A stretch of 64,000 nucleotides of DNA from Azolla caroliniana. Taxonomy: Eukaryota; Plantae; Polypodiophyta. The DNA lies in assembly GCA_043228905.1 (NCBI GenBank), contig JBHGNT010000015.1:4650001-4714000 (forward strand), in the 5' to 3' direction. Below are positions 51,619 through 64,000 of this stretch, piece by piece (position 1 is the first letter of the stretch; each line of letters opens with the position of its first letter). The notes below the pieces were generated by a model. The model did no database searches and was not told the origin of the DNA. It saw nothing but the letters and a program-made list of their open reading frames with translations. The position numbers were made by a program, and so were the translations under genes.

Positions 51619-52831
51619 TAAATAAACACACACACACACACACACATAAAATCTTTACCCTTACATTTGAAATCCAATATACCCCCATGTTTTTCTTCAA
51701 TTAACCTTTTTACAAATCCCTTCCCCCATTATCAACATGCCTGTCAAGCATTAACCTTTGATATACCATCTGGAGATGATAACCTCATGTATTCTATTAA
51801 TGTGCCCAGCAAGAGGAATCCTCCATTGCATAGTAATTTGGAAGATTGTTCATCCATTTATTTGTTAGCCCCTCCATGGCATCCACACATGGATGAGAGT
51901 CACTATATGACTATATGGAGACCTTTTTTTTTACCTCATCTTCCATTGTCATATATTAATATTTGTTAATAAAATGATTGGTGTATATGCATGTGCTTGT
52001 TATTCAACGGCCAAATACAATTGAGTATTTATTAGCAAAAGGTGTGTTGTCTACACTAAAAAAAATTGAAAGAATGTTGTGTTTTGGGTTAAGGCACGAG
52101 CAATGTTACTGTGTGAAGGGATTATATCATTATTCCAACTAGAGCTTCTCCCATAAACTCTTCATAGCTCCTTGTTGATTGCTACCTCATAAAGAACAAA
52201 ACAAAAAGTTTCACTTAAGATCCTTGCCCAAATTTGGAAAGGAAGTTCTCTCATGACACAAAGGCAAGACTTAGCCTGACGATAACTAACTCCACCTACG
52301 GTAGGAGGGTTGAATCTCGATTCATAGTTACATAGAGTTCCTAATCATCACAATCATGTAGTAGCCTTAATGTTGTGTAGCGAAAGAAATCAATTAAGCA
52401 ATGTGAAAGAAAATTAGGAATTAGGAAGCAGAAGGAAATGAATGATTATGCAATGTGGTGTGTTTAAGTCATAGCTGTGCAATTTGGTGCGCTTACATCA
52501 TATCTATGCAATGATTATTTGTAAAATATGTTGATTGTTGCAAAGATATTTGAACTTTGACATCCATAAATGCATGCTCCACTTGTGATATAATCGCTTT
52601 GGGACAATTCTTGACGATCCTTACAAGTCATTGTCTTTTGTGTTTAGTTGAAGATGGTTATTGTGGAAAATTGTGTCCCATGTTCATGATGTTTTGTTTG
52701 GAGTTTTGTAACTAAGCCATTAAGAGGAACTTATGTTTGGAGGGGTTCAATGTCTAGAAATGCCAAAAGAAGAGGGAGGATTGCAACAATGTCTTTGGGA
52801 ATTGGGTTGGTTTGGGATAGTGAGAGACCAA

Positions 52832-53400
52832 GAATCCACATTGATGTGCACATATTGTAGTCTATAGCTTGACTATCCAAAATAAAGTCTTGACATCTAT
52901 TCTAAAATAGTATATCATGGGATGAACTCAAAAGTAATAGAAACAAGCCTATCCCTTCCAAGTGGTACATAAAGTCATAGAAACAAACCTATCCCTTGCA
53001 AGTGGTACATTGGACATGTTTGTATCAAGAATGCGCTTCTTACTAGCCATAGTTTCACATTTGATGTATATGTGGGATTAGGGAGATATATACAACTAAT
53101 GACACGCTTGTATTGAATCCACATTGATGTGTACATAGTGTAGTCTTTAGCTTGACTATCCAAAGTAATGTCTTGACATCTATTCTAAAATAGTATATCA
53201 TGCGATGAACTCAAAAGTAATAGAAACAAGCCTATCCCTTCCAAGTGGTACATAAAGTCATGGAAACAAACCTATCACTTGCAAGTGGTACATTGGACAT
53301 GTTCATATCAAGAATGCACTTCTTACTAACCATAGTTTCACATTTGATGTACATGTGGGATTAGGGAGATAGATACAACTAATGACATGCTTGTATTGAA
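52832..53400. repeat. Tandem duplication, 283-bp unit x2, each with an internal ~40-bp sub-duplication
   Basis: GAATCCACATTGATGTG recurs at 52832 and 53115. Confidence 0.92.
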
Positions 53401-54806
53401 GCTATAGAGAGATAGTTTCAAATTTGGTATATAGATGGGGGGCTTCACTTGGTAGTGGTACATAGTAGGGCTCCATTATTGGATCTTAGCAATTGGTTAA
53501 ACACATTGAGCAACAATTTGGAACTAGCCTTCTTGGTCCTCAATAGTTATTGAACATGTCCTTATGTTGGTTCCATTCATTAATCCTTCCTTGCTCCAAT
53601 TTTTTTTATGGTAGAGGAGTCAAGTTGCGGAATGTTAGCAATCCACTTTTGTAGTTATGCGACTACATGTACAACCCTAGGATTGATATTGTGATAAATC
53701 ATGATGAGGATAGAGTTTCTACATCTTGTTAATGTTTGGGGTAAACATGATTGTAATCATATCATGAAATTGCACAATGTTGTCGGTGGCCTTATGCAAA
53801 TCACTAGTCTTATACACATACATATATAGAGAGATCCCACTTTATGTATGTCTTGTATTGAAAAATGTTTTTGATGCCCTTGAGCAATTCATTAATTGCA
53901 AATACATATATAAGGAATCACTTTTCATGTGGCATTTGTATAGCCCCCATAGAGGATGATTTGACTATTTTGCATATATGATTAACTTATTAAGGATGGT
54001 ACTAGTATTGACATACAACCTTTCAAAAAGATGTGAAAGAGGAGAAGACATTGACCTTTCATTCTACATCAAATCAATAGTAAATGTCCAGGAAGGAACA
54101 CCTAAAAATAAAAATAGGCACCTCGTTTGATTTCAGTAAGCATACCATATGGGGTTCTAGCTAGAGATTGTAAATGTTTGTCGAAAGCCATCCTAGAAAC
54201 ACTTGTAGATGAGAATGTCCTCATGAATTTTCTTTGCAGGCAACCAATATCTTACATTTAGAAGAATATGAACATGGAATTGAAATTTGCAAAATCCTTA
54301 GAGACGAGAGAGTTGTCTACGATACCGATTTGTATGCTTTATATTGACATGATTGTGAAATGACATATATATGTCCGTCATTATGCATGTGTTGGCATTA
54401 AAGGAAAAATTTGGTCTATAGCTATATTATCTTAATTGAACTCTCCAACCATAAGGATTTTGGTTAACCCTTAGTACCTACCATTATAATGGCTATATCC
54501 AACACAATAAATCATGATTAGAAACGTATTTGACAAGTTGTTCAACATTATTATAAAGGAAGATCACTAAGTGCGATTTAAGGAGATCTAGTTTCGAGAT
54601 CTTTATTGAAAATGAACCCATAATTTCTTGTGTGTTGTGGTTTTTGTTGATTTCCATTTGAATTGTTGCCACTATAAATATTGTCAACCTAATGGAAGAT
54701 GAAGCGGAAAAGTAATTTATAAAAGATTATGTCAAAGTCTTTAGTAATATTGTCATTCAACATATTCTAGCATTGTTGCACCAATGAATTGAGAGAAATG
54801 ACTTGC

Positions 54807-54808
54807 TA

Positions 54809-54840
<32 letters not shown>

Positions 54841-54996
54841 AAGACTATGTCAAAGTCGTCAACAATAATGACATTCAACATATTCCAGCATGTTATGGTA
54901 GTAAGATAAGTGAGACAGGTGATTGGTTATACCAACATGTATATATGTATATGTATATACATATAATATATGTATACATACATACATACATACATG

Positions 54997-55046
<50 letters not shown>
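54807..55046. repeat. (TACA)n and (TA)n microsatellites
   Basis: Directly visible. Confidence 0.9.
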
Positions 55047-55048
<2 letters not shown>

Positions 55049-56153
55049 GTAAGTGCACTAGCTTACAAAAAAGACAAAAAAGCAAAAAGGTATGTAGCCT
55101 TCATGCTCATGAGATATATATACATATTAATACCACCCACTTAAAAGATATCATTGAGAAGATGTTGTGGCATCCTTGCTCTAATTTATAAACAAACCAA
55201 TAGAAACAACAATAGTAATAATAAAAAAGACTACAAGATATCCATTTTTAAAAGAAAACATAATGTGAAAACACATTAAAATCGTAGCTTGCCCTCGGCA
55301 TTTGTTCCCTTCAACTTCCCATGATGATGCTTGCTTATTTGAGTGGAAACCAGTTGTAAGATGTTTGGCATGATTTAACAAAGCTATGGATAAGTCTAGG
55401 TATATATAGACCTCACATTGTGTTACATGTTGATTTGCTTTGCTAATATGTTTTAGTTATGAATCAAGGAGAACCAAATTAGAATTCTCAAACTAATCTT
55501 ATAATAAGATCTTATTGTTGGCTAGTTTATATTGTTTGTTTAATGTCACTTGGGGACTCGAATATAATCGACTTTGATGTTCATAGTATGGATTTCGCCA
55601 CGATTTCTCTATATTAAATTCCCATGTTCCATGCTTATCCATGTTGGCACTTGGTTTTTTCAATCCTATCCATTTCACTACAAGCATCCTATTGAATTTT
55701 GAAGTTTAGAGCTATTGTAGCTCACTAGTTATAAGGGGTCAATCCTAGAGAGAGTATGCAAAAGCATGTTGATGCCTATTACATCTACAAATAATGTAGT
55801 GGCCTACTAAAATATTTTACATGATCTTCTGTTGAAAACTAGATGAAGTAACATTTTAATCAAGTAACAAATTGGTCATTAAGGCCAACAACCACAGGCA
55901 TTGAAAGCTTAATTGGGAAACTAATGAATTGTGGCGTGGTCTCAAAATACAAATTTGAGGGGTGTAATTGTTGTTTATGAATATATTAATGCAATTAAAT
56001 AGTATGGTGTGAGGATTATGTTGCATGATGTTCAATGCCATGTACACATTGTGATCATACCCATCCAATGTTTGAGGACCCATGTATTTTGTTCCATGCC
56101 CGTAACATAATATGTCCAAACAATTTATATTCCTCATTGAAAAATCACATACA

Positions 56154-59100
56154 CACCATGGATGAAGAGGAACCTCATCTCTGGCACATCCACCTGCGGA
56201 CTATCATAGACACCCAACTAACTCCAAGCTTTTTCTACTTCTATGAGAAGCATGAAGGGGCGATTGAAGCTCACAGGATAGCCCACAAACTCCACTCATG
56301 GATGTGGACCATCATTCCATCAATGGAAATGAAAGGAATACGGTTTCCTAAGCTATGCTCGGCCACAACCGAGACGTCGGATCAAGCACAGAAAATAGGG
56401 ATGTGGTGAGATGTATTTACACACGAAATAGTAAAGAAGAGAGTGCACTGGATGTTAACGTGGAAAACCCAAATCTGGGAAAAAACCACGGCAGCCCTCA
56501 GACTGCAAAATATCACTATATCAAGATTACAACAATGGGGCACAGATGCAACGACCTCTTGCTCCCTCGCTTCGCCACTAGGCGGTTACAATAGAGGCAA
56601 CAACCTCTTCCTCTCTCTCTCTCTCTCTCTTCTTTGTACACAGTTATGCTCTGAATTATCGCCACCATGATAATAACACAACCAACTCTACATCATCCAC
56701 TATTAAGTTTGCCCTAGGTCATATTTATACTAATATGACTTTCGGGCTATTTACAAATATAGCACAGTGGGCTCTCTGGAACATATTTACATATATGTCT
56801 CTTCAATCAGATGAGAGGTTCTCACTGGGCCTGCAACATCCGGTTCTCACTGGGTCTTCCATTGCCGGGTACTCGTCATCCGGTTCTCACCGGGTCTTCC
56901 GTTGCCGGGTACTCGTCATCCGGTTCTCACCGAGTCTTTCATTGCCGGGTACTCCACATCCGGATTCGGCCGAGGCCTATCATCCTCGGCCGAGTTGCTC
57001 ATCAACACTGTTCTTCTCACTTCCCATCCGGAGGGACCTGTTTCCTAACAGGAAATGACTAGCTGTCTAAATGGTGAGTGCTCCCCACTCACGACATGTT
57101 GTGCAAAGCATTAGGCACAAATCTCCCACTTCATTCCATGATTATGAAGATTGTAACATGGAATGTGCAAGGGCTCATGAGTTGACTAGACCAACAAAAC
57201 AAATGGAAACTAAGAAGAGATCTTGAGGAATATATATTAGGGGGTGCTACTGACATCATCATGTTGCAGGAACACCACCTTGATAGTACTCGTTTAAAGG
57301 AAGTCGGAGATCTTTTACCAGGATCATGGTGAACAATTTGGGAGCCAACAATAGGGGAGGATGGAAATCATGGTAGTACTTGCACTCTAATTCGGGAACA
57401 TCTAGCCCAAGGCTTCATACACCAGGAATCACTTATACCTGGTAGGGCACATTTTTGCAGATTGGCCATCCAAGGGCAACGCTGGAATTTCATGAATGTT
57501 TCTGCTCCAAATAACAGAACAGAAAGGGCAACATTCTGGGAACGCATCCACCTACAAGTAGCGGGTGCTGAAGAGTGGTGCATTGGAGGGGATTTTAATA
57601 TGATCGAATCCATTCACGATAGCTCCAACAACAACCCCATAGTTCTACAAGGAAGGGAACGTAAACAATGGGAGAAGTTATGTGTACAACTTAACCTGCG
57701 AGATGTCTGGCATTCTGACAACTTCCAACGAAAAAGGGACTCTCTCTTATTCTCCCTATCAAATGGGCGGAATAGTGGACCCACCCTTTCCCGCATTGAC
57801 CACATTTATTTGGGCGAGGCTTTAGAAGCGAAGGGAGGGTGGTGTCGCATAACTCCAGGCACGACTTTCTCTGACCATTACTCGGTAGTTGGTCATTTTC
57901 AATTGCACCGAAAATGGGGCCCATTCCAGCCTCGCATCCCGCACACTATCTATGCAGTTATAGAGGTGAAGGAATAACTCTCCAACCAATGGTCATTACC
58001 CATCAATGTCTCATCAACATCTGACAAACTTCTAGCTAAATTAACAAGAGCTTCAACTCTCCTACATGAGTTTGTCAAGACTAGAAGCAAGGATGCTCAG
58101 GAAAAGAGACAGAGGTCAAAACAAGGACTAATAGCCTTACAACGACTCCAATAGAGATACCCGTCATGTAGTTGGATTGTAGGACAAGTTGCCATGGCCA
58201 AACATTAACTCAGCATGGCGGAAAAGGAAATATACGACATGGAGTTTCTTGGAACCATGGCGTGATGGATTGAAGTAGGGGACAAAACCACAAAGGAATT
58301 CTTACGCTCCAAAGGCCCGAGGCACGCTAGAACAATGATGTGCAACCTCAACCGAGTGGATGGAACGACCACTAAGGATGGTGATGAAATGAGGAATATT
58401 GCCATAGGTTACTATAAGCACCTACTTAACGAAGATACTATGGCCATAGGGGAAGACATAAGCGAAGATATTATCCTCCAAAGCATACCCAAGAAAGTCA
58501 CGACGGAAATGAATACATGGCTCATGAGTCCCCTATCAACCATCGAGATATGGGAGGCCCTCTTTGATTTGGATGTAGATAGTTGCCCCGGAATCGACGG
58601 CCTCACCCCTCACTTTTTCACATGCCTTTGGTACACTATTAAAGAAGACCTCCTCCAGGCATATGAGGAGATCATCACGTCTGGAAACATGCCAAAGGAA
58701 TTTGGACAAGGGATGGTACATCTCATTCCTAAAAGTGGTGGTAGTGCCAACGACATTAGCAAGTGGCGGCCCATAACTCTTCTCAATACTACCTATAAGT
58801 TGCTCGCAAAAATCGTGGCACGCCGGTTAACACCTCTTCTCCCTCAACTCATTCATCCATCCTAGACAGGTTTCTTTAGAAATCGGAGCATCCCAGACAA
58901 CCTCTTCTCATTCTAGGAAGCAATAGCCCTTGCCAAGCGTACCAACAACAAGGTAGCGGTGGTGCTACTAGATTTTGAGAAAGCATATGACAGGCTTTGC
59001 TGGAACTTTCTTGAAAGTATGATGGGGAAACTCGGTTTCCAAGAGACATGGATCAAAGGCATTGCAGGACTTTATAGGAACGGAAGCAATTGCGTTTCAC

Positions 59101-61519
59101 TGGTAGGTGAAAGGGGCCCCTTTTTCTGACTATCCCGATCTGTATGACAGGGATGCCCACTAGCTCCATCCTTATTTCTATTATATGCCGAAACACTCTC
59201 TTGCTTTCTCAACTCACGACATCTCAACCTACGTGGTCTTCCTGTGCTTCATTCTCATCAAAGCATCCTGGATATAGAATTTGCAGATGATGCATCGGTC
59301 TACTTGCAAGGGGACTTGGAAAACCTACAAAAGCTTGAAAGTGGGTTAGCCGTATTTTGCAAGAGATCCAATGCCACGATCAATTGGCAAAAATCCTGTG
59401 CAATATGGATTTCTCATGAAACACATCCTGCGTGGCACCCACATCCCGCTTTCAAATGGATCAATCAAGGAGCGAGCACCAAATATTTGGGTTTCCAAAT
59501 TGGTTTCAACATACCGCCGGAGACTATGATTGCACATGTTATCCATTCCATTTGACAGAAGTTGATACATTGGAGTTCGAAAAAACTATCGCTAGCGGGT
59601 CGCATCATAGTGGCAAACCAACTACTACTCGCAACAACATGGTACAGTCTATCATGTTGGACAATCTCCAAGGACAATATACATCAGATTCAACGACTGG
59701 TACGCAACTACATTTGTTCTGGTAAGGAAGATTATGTAACTCGCGCCAAGGTGGCATGGCCTATACTCACAACACCTAAGTCGAGAGGGGGATTGGGTCT
59801 TGTTGATCTCCTCTCACAATCAAAAGCCTTACTTGCCAAATTTGTGGTGTGAGGACTCCAACCAGTAAATGACTGTTGGAAAATGCTAATGCGGTTACAT
59901 TTCGCTTACTTTAGGCCACGAAAAGGGGTTAATTGGGCCCCCCAAACGGGATGGATTCTAAACATGGATCTCAAACTTAGTTTCTCTCGCCAATTGGAGG
60001 ATAGATTCAGTGCATCCATGTGGAAGGCGTGGTGTGACATTAGATGAGGGCTCAAGTGCGATCAACTGAGTTCCAAACCTGCCTGGCTTAGTCAACGTAT
60101 CCTATGGAACCCATGTATCAAGGATGAATCTAATCAACTACTTGGATCAAGTAAGGGGTTGTCATGGGGATACATTGTAGAGGGTCCAGGAAAAAGTATA
60201 GAATGTTGGAGACGGTTTATGTCACTGCCACTACAAGATCAAGCCAACATACACCATGGAATCAGGGGCAAATGGACTATGAGATCGGAAATCAATAACG
60301 CTCTACTGTTTAGGGAAGCCGCTACTCATAAGACGACAATGGAGAAATGGATAGGCTACGAGGAGGAGGGATCTTTGATCCCGAGAGGTAGGGGATCACT
60401 AGAAAGGATCGAAGGCTCTAAATTGCGAGGCACTGAGACACCAACATAGAATAACGCAATTCGAGTACTCGCGTATACTGGTCATAAATGGATTGTAGAT
60501 CCTGATCCGATCAAAGTATAACCCGATTGGCACATATGTACTCATGAAAACACATGGCTACGTAAGGTCAGTTGGAATCCTTTGCAATGGACATGGCATG
60601 ATCCTTATGCAGAGCAAGGAAGCAAACCCATCACTTTCTTCCAATTCACAACTAGATTGGGTCGCCACATCCTAGCGGCTCAAACTGCCCGAGAGCCGAC
60701 TGCTGTAAAGGTTTGGCACACATATCAAGTTCCTCACACAATTATCACCAAGTTTTGGCAGAAAATCTGGAAACAACAACACGCGAGGCGAATTGCCACG
60801 TTCCAATGACTATTAATACATAAGTCACTACTGGTGGGAGCATGGAAACATGGGAACCTTAGCTCTCCTAACTGTGTAGAGTGTCCAAATGCAGTAGAAT
60901 CAATACGACACGCTCTGTGGGACTACCCAACGTCCCATCGAATATGGAGGGGGGTTGGCCGCTTGTTGCAATTATGCCAGGTGCAAGGCTCAATCAAGTG
61001 GGGAAATATATGTTGGCTATCATGGCAGACCCCAGTTGGCAGATACGAGCATTAGGAGGTGGGGATGACTTTGGTGATAAAAGCAGAAGAGGTTTTCTTC
61101 TCCACCATCGACAATGTCCACTCAACTCCTCTTAATGACAAATCGCAAGTTGTGTTGGAATTGGTCAGCCCAATAACTCTTTGGATTCTATGGAAACAAC
61201 AGTGTAGACGAGTCTTCTCCAACCAAACCACGCATCCAACAATGTTACTGCAAGAGATATGGAGTGAAATTGTAGCCACTTTAAAGATCCAATATGATGG
61301 CCTCAAGGGTAGCTCTGATGGAGTTGAAAGACAACGAATAGCCTTTATCCAACAATGGTCGTCCTCTCCCTTTCTTGAGTCAGTGGGCATCCACATAAGA
61401 TGGAACTATCGCGTCCCTATAGGGATTTGTACATAATAATCTCATTTGTAAAATTTTATAACTAATGGAAGGAGTTTTTTTTGGAAAAAAAAAGAAAAAG
61501 AAAAAAAGAAAAAGAAAAA
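56154..61519 (+). mobile_element. L1-type LINE, 5'-truncated, with TSD and A-rich tail
   Basis: TSD GAAAAATCACATACA at 56139-56153 and 61520-61534. ORF2 remnant ~57146-61436: MKIVTWNVQG, GDFN, SRIDH, FSDH, WRPITLLN, FADD, zf-RVT CVEC...H. Tail at 61486-61519. Confidence 0.95.
56330..57050 (-). mobile_element. Solo LTR (copia F-related, 721 bp) inserted in the L1
   Basis: TG...CA ends, TSD GGAAA on both sides, terminus GGAGGGACCTGTTTCCTAACA as in F. Internal 40-bp tandem array at ~56815-56965. Confidence 0.92.
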
Positions 61520-62815
61520 GAAAAATCACATACATTAGTGTACAATGAAGAAGTGACCAACACTTGTAAATATAGTTTACACAATTTACTTCTTGTAGAA
61601 TTAATGATTTGGGTATGCATATGGCATACCATGGCCAACTAGGCTATGGATAAAGTAACAAACTGCATTCACATGCTCGTGACTATTTGCTACCAAATCA
61701 TAATGAGGCACGACGAGGGAATCGTGGCCATGAACAATGCAAGGTGCGTTTCTAAGGGAGCATGTGATTTTCATAGTCAAATCTTTAATAACCTTTGTCA
61801 CCTGAAACCCGGCTTTGCACTGTTTTACTATCACTGTTAATTAGGCTCTGTCATTGATAACCCGACTCCGCTCCCATCAACTGTCAATGGTAACCCAACT
61901 CTTTTGGATAATCTGAGTAACCTAGCTGAAAATTTGTGCTAAGTTTCAAAAACTCAAAGATTAAAATCCTATTTAGAAAGAGATCAAAATATTTTAGTTT
62001 TAAATATATAAAAACTCCACCATTAAAATTGAAATGTGTGCAAATTGTCTTCCCAATGTAAAACAAAAAGCAAGAGATAATTCCAAAAACCGTTTCGTCT
62101 AAGATTTGGGCTACCATGAAGATTTGAGCATACACAAAAAATCCAATTATTTTTGAAGATACTAGAAACTTCAACTTACACAAGTTTCAAAAATCACAAG
62201 CTATGTAATGTTAATTTTGAAGACCGAAAACCTTTGACTATAAAGACCCAAAACCTAAAAATTAAAAACTGAATCCATACAAAAAACTCAAAGATCATGG
62301 CCCTTGTGGGGAGGATGGCAAAACACAACCACAATTTTTGCAGCAATCAACATTTGATTCCCTTGAAGTCAAGGTCAAACCATCACAATGCAAACACCGA
62401 GCCCTTGTTAGTCTCACATATTGACAACCACCTCTTAGCACGACGAGCAACTCTTTGTAGTCTTCCGACACGTGTTTTAGTCTTGTTTGGGGAGTTGCCA
62501 ATAAGTTCTTGCAAGATTTCGAAGGTGGCACCTCTTTTCGCACGAATTTGCTGGTTCTAATTGGTTAAACATTCGGATGGTATATTGGAAGAAGGCAATG
62601 CACGCATAGATGAGAAAATATGATTTCATAGATCTTCTATGAGTTGCCAACACTGCTCAACTTTAACCATGTTCATCGCTCTTGATCCTTGCTCAAGAAA
62701 TTGAAGTGATTATATAGTTTGACATGTTTCTTACTTCATTTGTTCCCTTTCACCGACTTCTGCATTGAAAAACCTTAGATGCTCTATGTATATGTATACA
62801 TATACATATAGATAT

Positions 62816-62866
<51 letters not shown>

Positions 62867-63236
62867 TGCAACCACCCGTGTGTCAAGCGGTAAGCAAACC
62901 ACATCCAAGAGGGTGGAAAAGGGAGAAGTGGTTGTGACACATGACCGTGATCTTTAAGACATAAATTTGGTGAACACGACATGAAGTGTCACTAAGGGGA
63001 GTTTTGGAATTAAAGTTCGCCGCAACGGAGGTCAGAAAATTGAGAAGATGGGGAACAAGGGCTTCAACATAGAGATGACAAGTTTCATGATGATGATGAT
63101 GAGTCGTATGTTGTAGGAGTAGAGGTCGATGAACCAGATGGAAAGTGAATTAACACTCGCCATGTAGATGGTCATTGAGAGGATAAACAAATTCACCCGG
63201 TTCCTCGAGGTCTATGAATACGAAATGGCCAATAGA

Positions 63237-63286
63237 TGTCGAGACTTGAGAATAGGAGAGAGAAAGATAAGATGACGATAGAAGGT

Positions 63287-63331
<45 letters not shown>

Positions 63332-64000
63332 ACTAGAAATGGAAAGAGAGTTTATATTATAAGAGAGCAAGGATTACAAAGAGTAGGCTAAGGGGCTACA
63401 AACTGGTGTTGAATAGAATGAGTTGTGATGAATGAATAGACACCTATTTATAGGTCCTTATGGCGTATTCTAGAATGTTCTAGAATATTTTAGATATTTA
63501 TGATATTTAATATAATCATGGAATATCCTAGAATGTTCTAGAATACCCAAAATATCTTGTAATAACTAATAATACATTTATTATAACTATACATCATATA
63601 TGTTATTATAATGGTTAAAGGTCTAACATATAGACCAAGAAATCTTGGGCTCGAATCCTTGTAAGGCCAAAATGTATGTCTTCATGACATTATCCCCCCT
63701 TTTTGACAACGACTTCCATGAGTTGGAAGACAAGATTTCGGACTTGGCTTATGGGGATATTTGTTGTGAAACGCAACATCCATTTCGGAGGCATTAGCAA
63801 AATTCTCGAGAGGTTCCCATGTTCGATCATTAGGTGTATATCCTAACCAGTCAACCAAATAATACAGTTTGTTGCGAACGATCTTGGAGTCAAGAATGGC
63901 AGCAACGTCATATTCGGAGCCATCCGAAACTTCTATTGGAGGTGGGGGAGATGTAAGACGACCTGGAATAGAGCTGGTTGTGTACGGCTGCAAAAGTGAA
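63237..64000 (-). mobile_element. 3' end of a chromovirus (Tcn1-like): integrase chromodomain, PPT, 3' LTR ~63237-63689
   Basis: YDVAAILDSKIVRNKLYYLVDWLGYTPNDRTWEP chromodomain. PPT AAAAAGGGGGA precedes TGTCATGA, the same LTR start as at 35822. The far LTR end is tentative. Confidence 0.88.

Noticed and set aside
61600-63200. Short ORFs including a Cys-rich 82-aa frame
   Set aside because: No recognisable domain or consistent exon structure.

Overview
Eukaryotic nuclear DNA from a vascular plant, most likely a fern or other seed-free tracheophyte (inferred from the TE lineages and the GID1 sequence). There is one clear host gene: a two-exon gibberellin receptor GID1 (50371-51618, +, 359 aa after splicing). 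Most of the rest is nested, degenerate retroelements. These are tRNA-Trp-primed non-chromovirus Ty3/gypsy elements (1-8706), a related element with an extra ORF (12873-15545), several Ty1/copia elements (one full-length with TSD, 19440-24613), Tcn1-like chromoviruses (31373-35822; 63237-64000), a short-LTR tRNA-Ala-primed gypsy split by a 12-kb nest, a non-L1 LINE, an L1 with TSD, solo LTRs and microsatellites. Four signals stand out. (1) A degenerate tRNA-like A-box/B-box cassette with tRNA spacing sits antisense in the U3 of six LTRs from at least two unrelated gypsy lineages. (2) Three independent insertions of one lineage all abut ACGT. (3) The chromovirus shows a clear Tf1-type self-priming structure. 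(4) One gypsy looks animal-like. All calls were made by eye; no searches were run.
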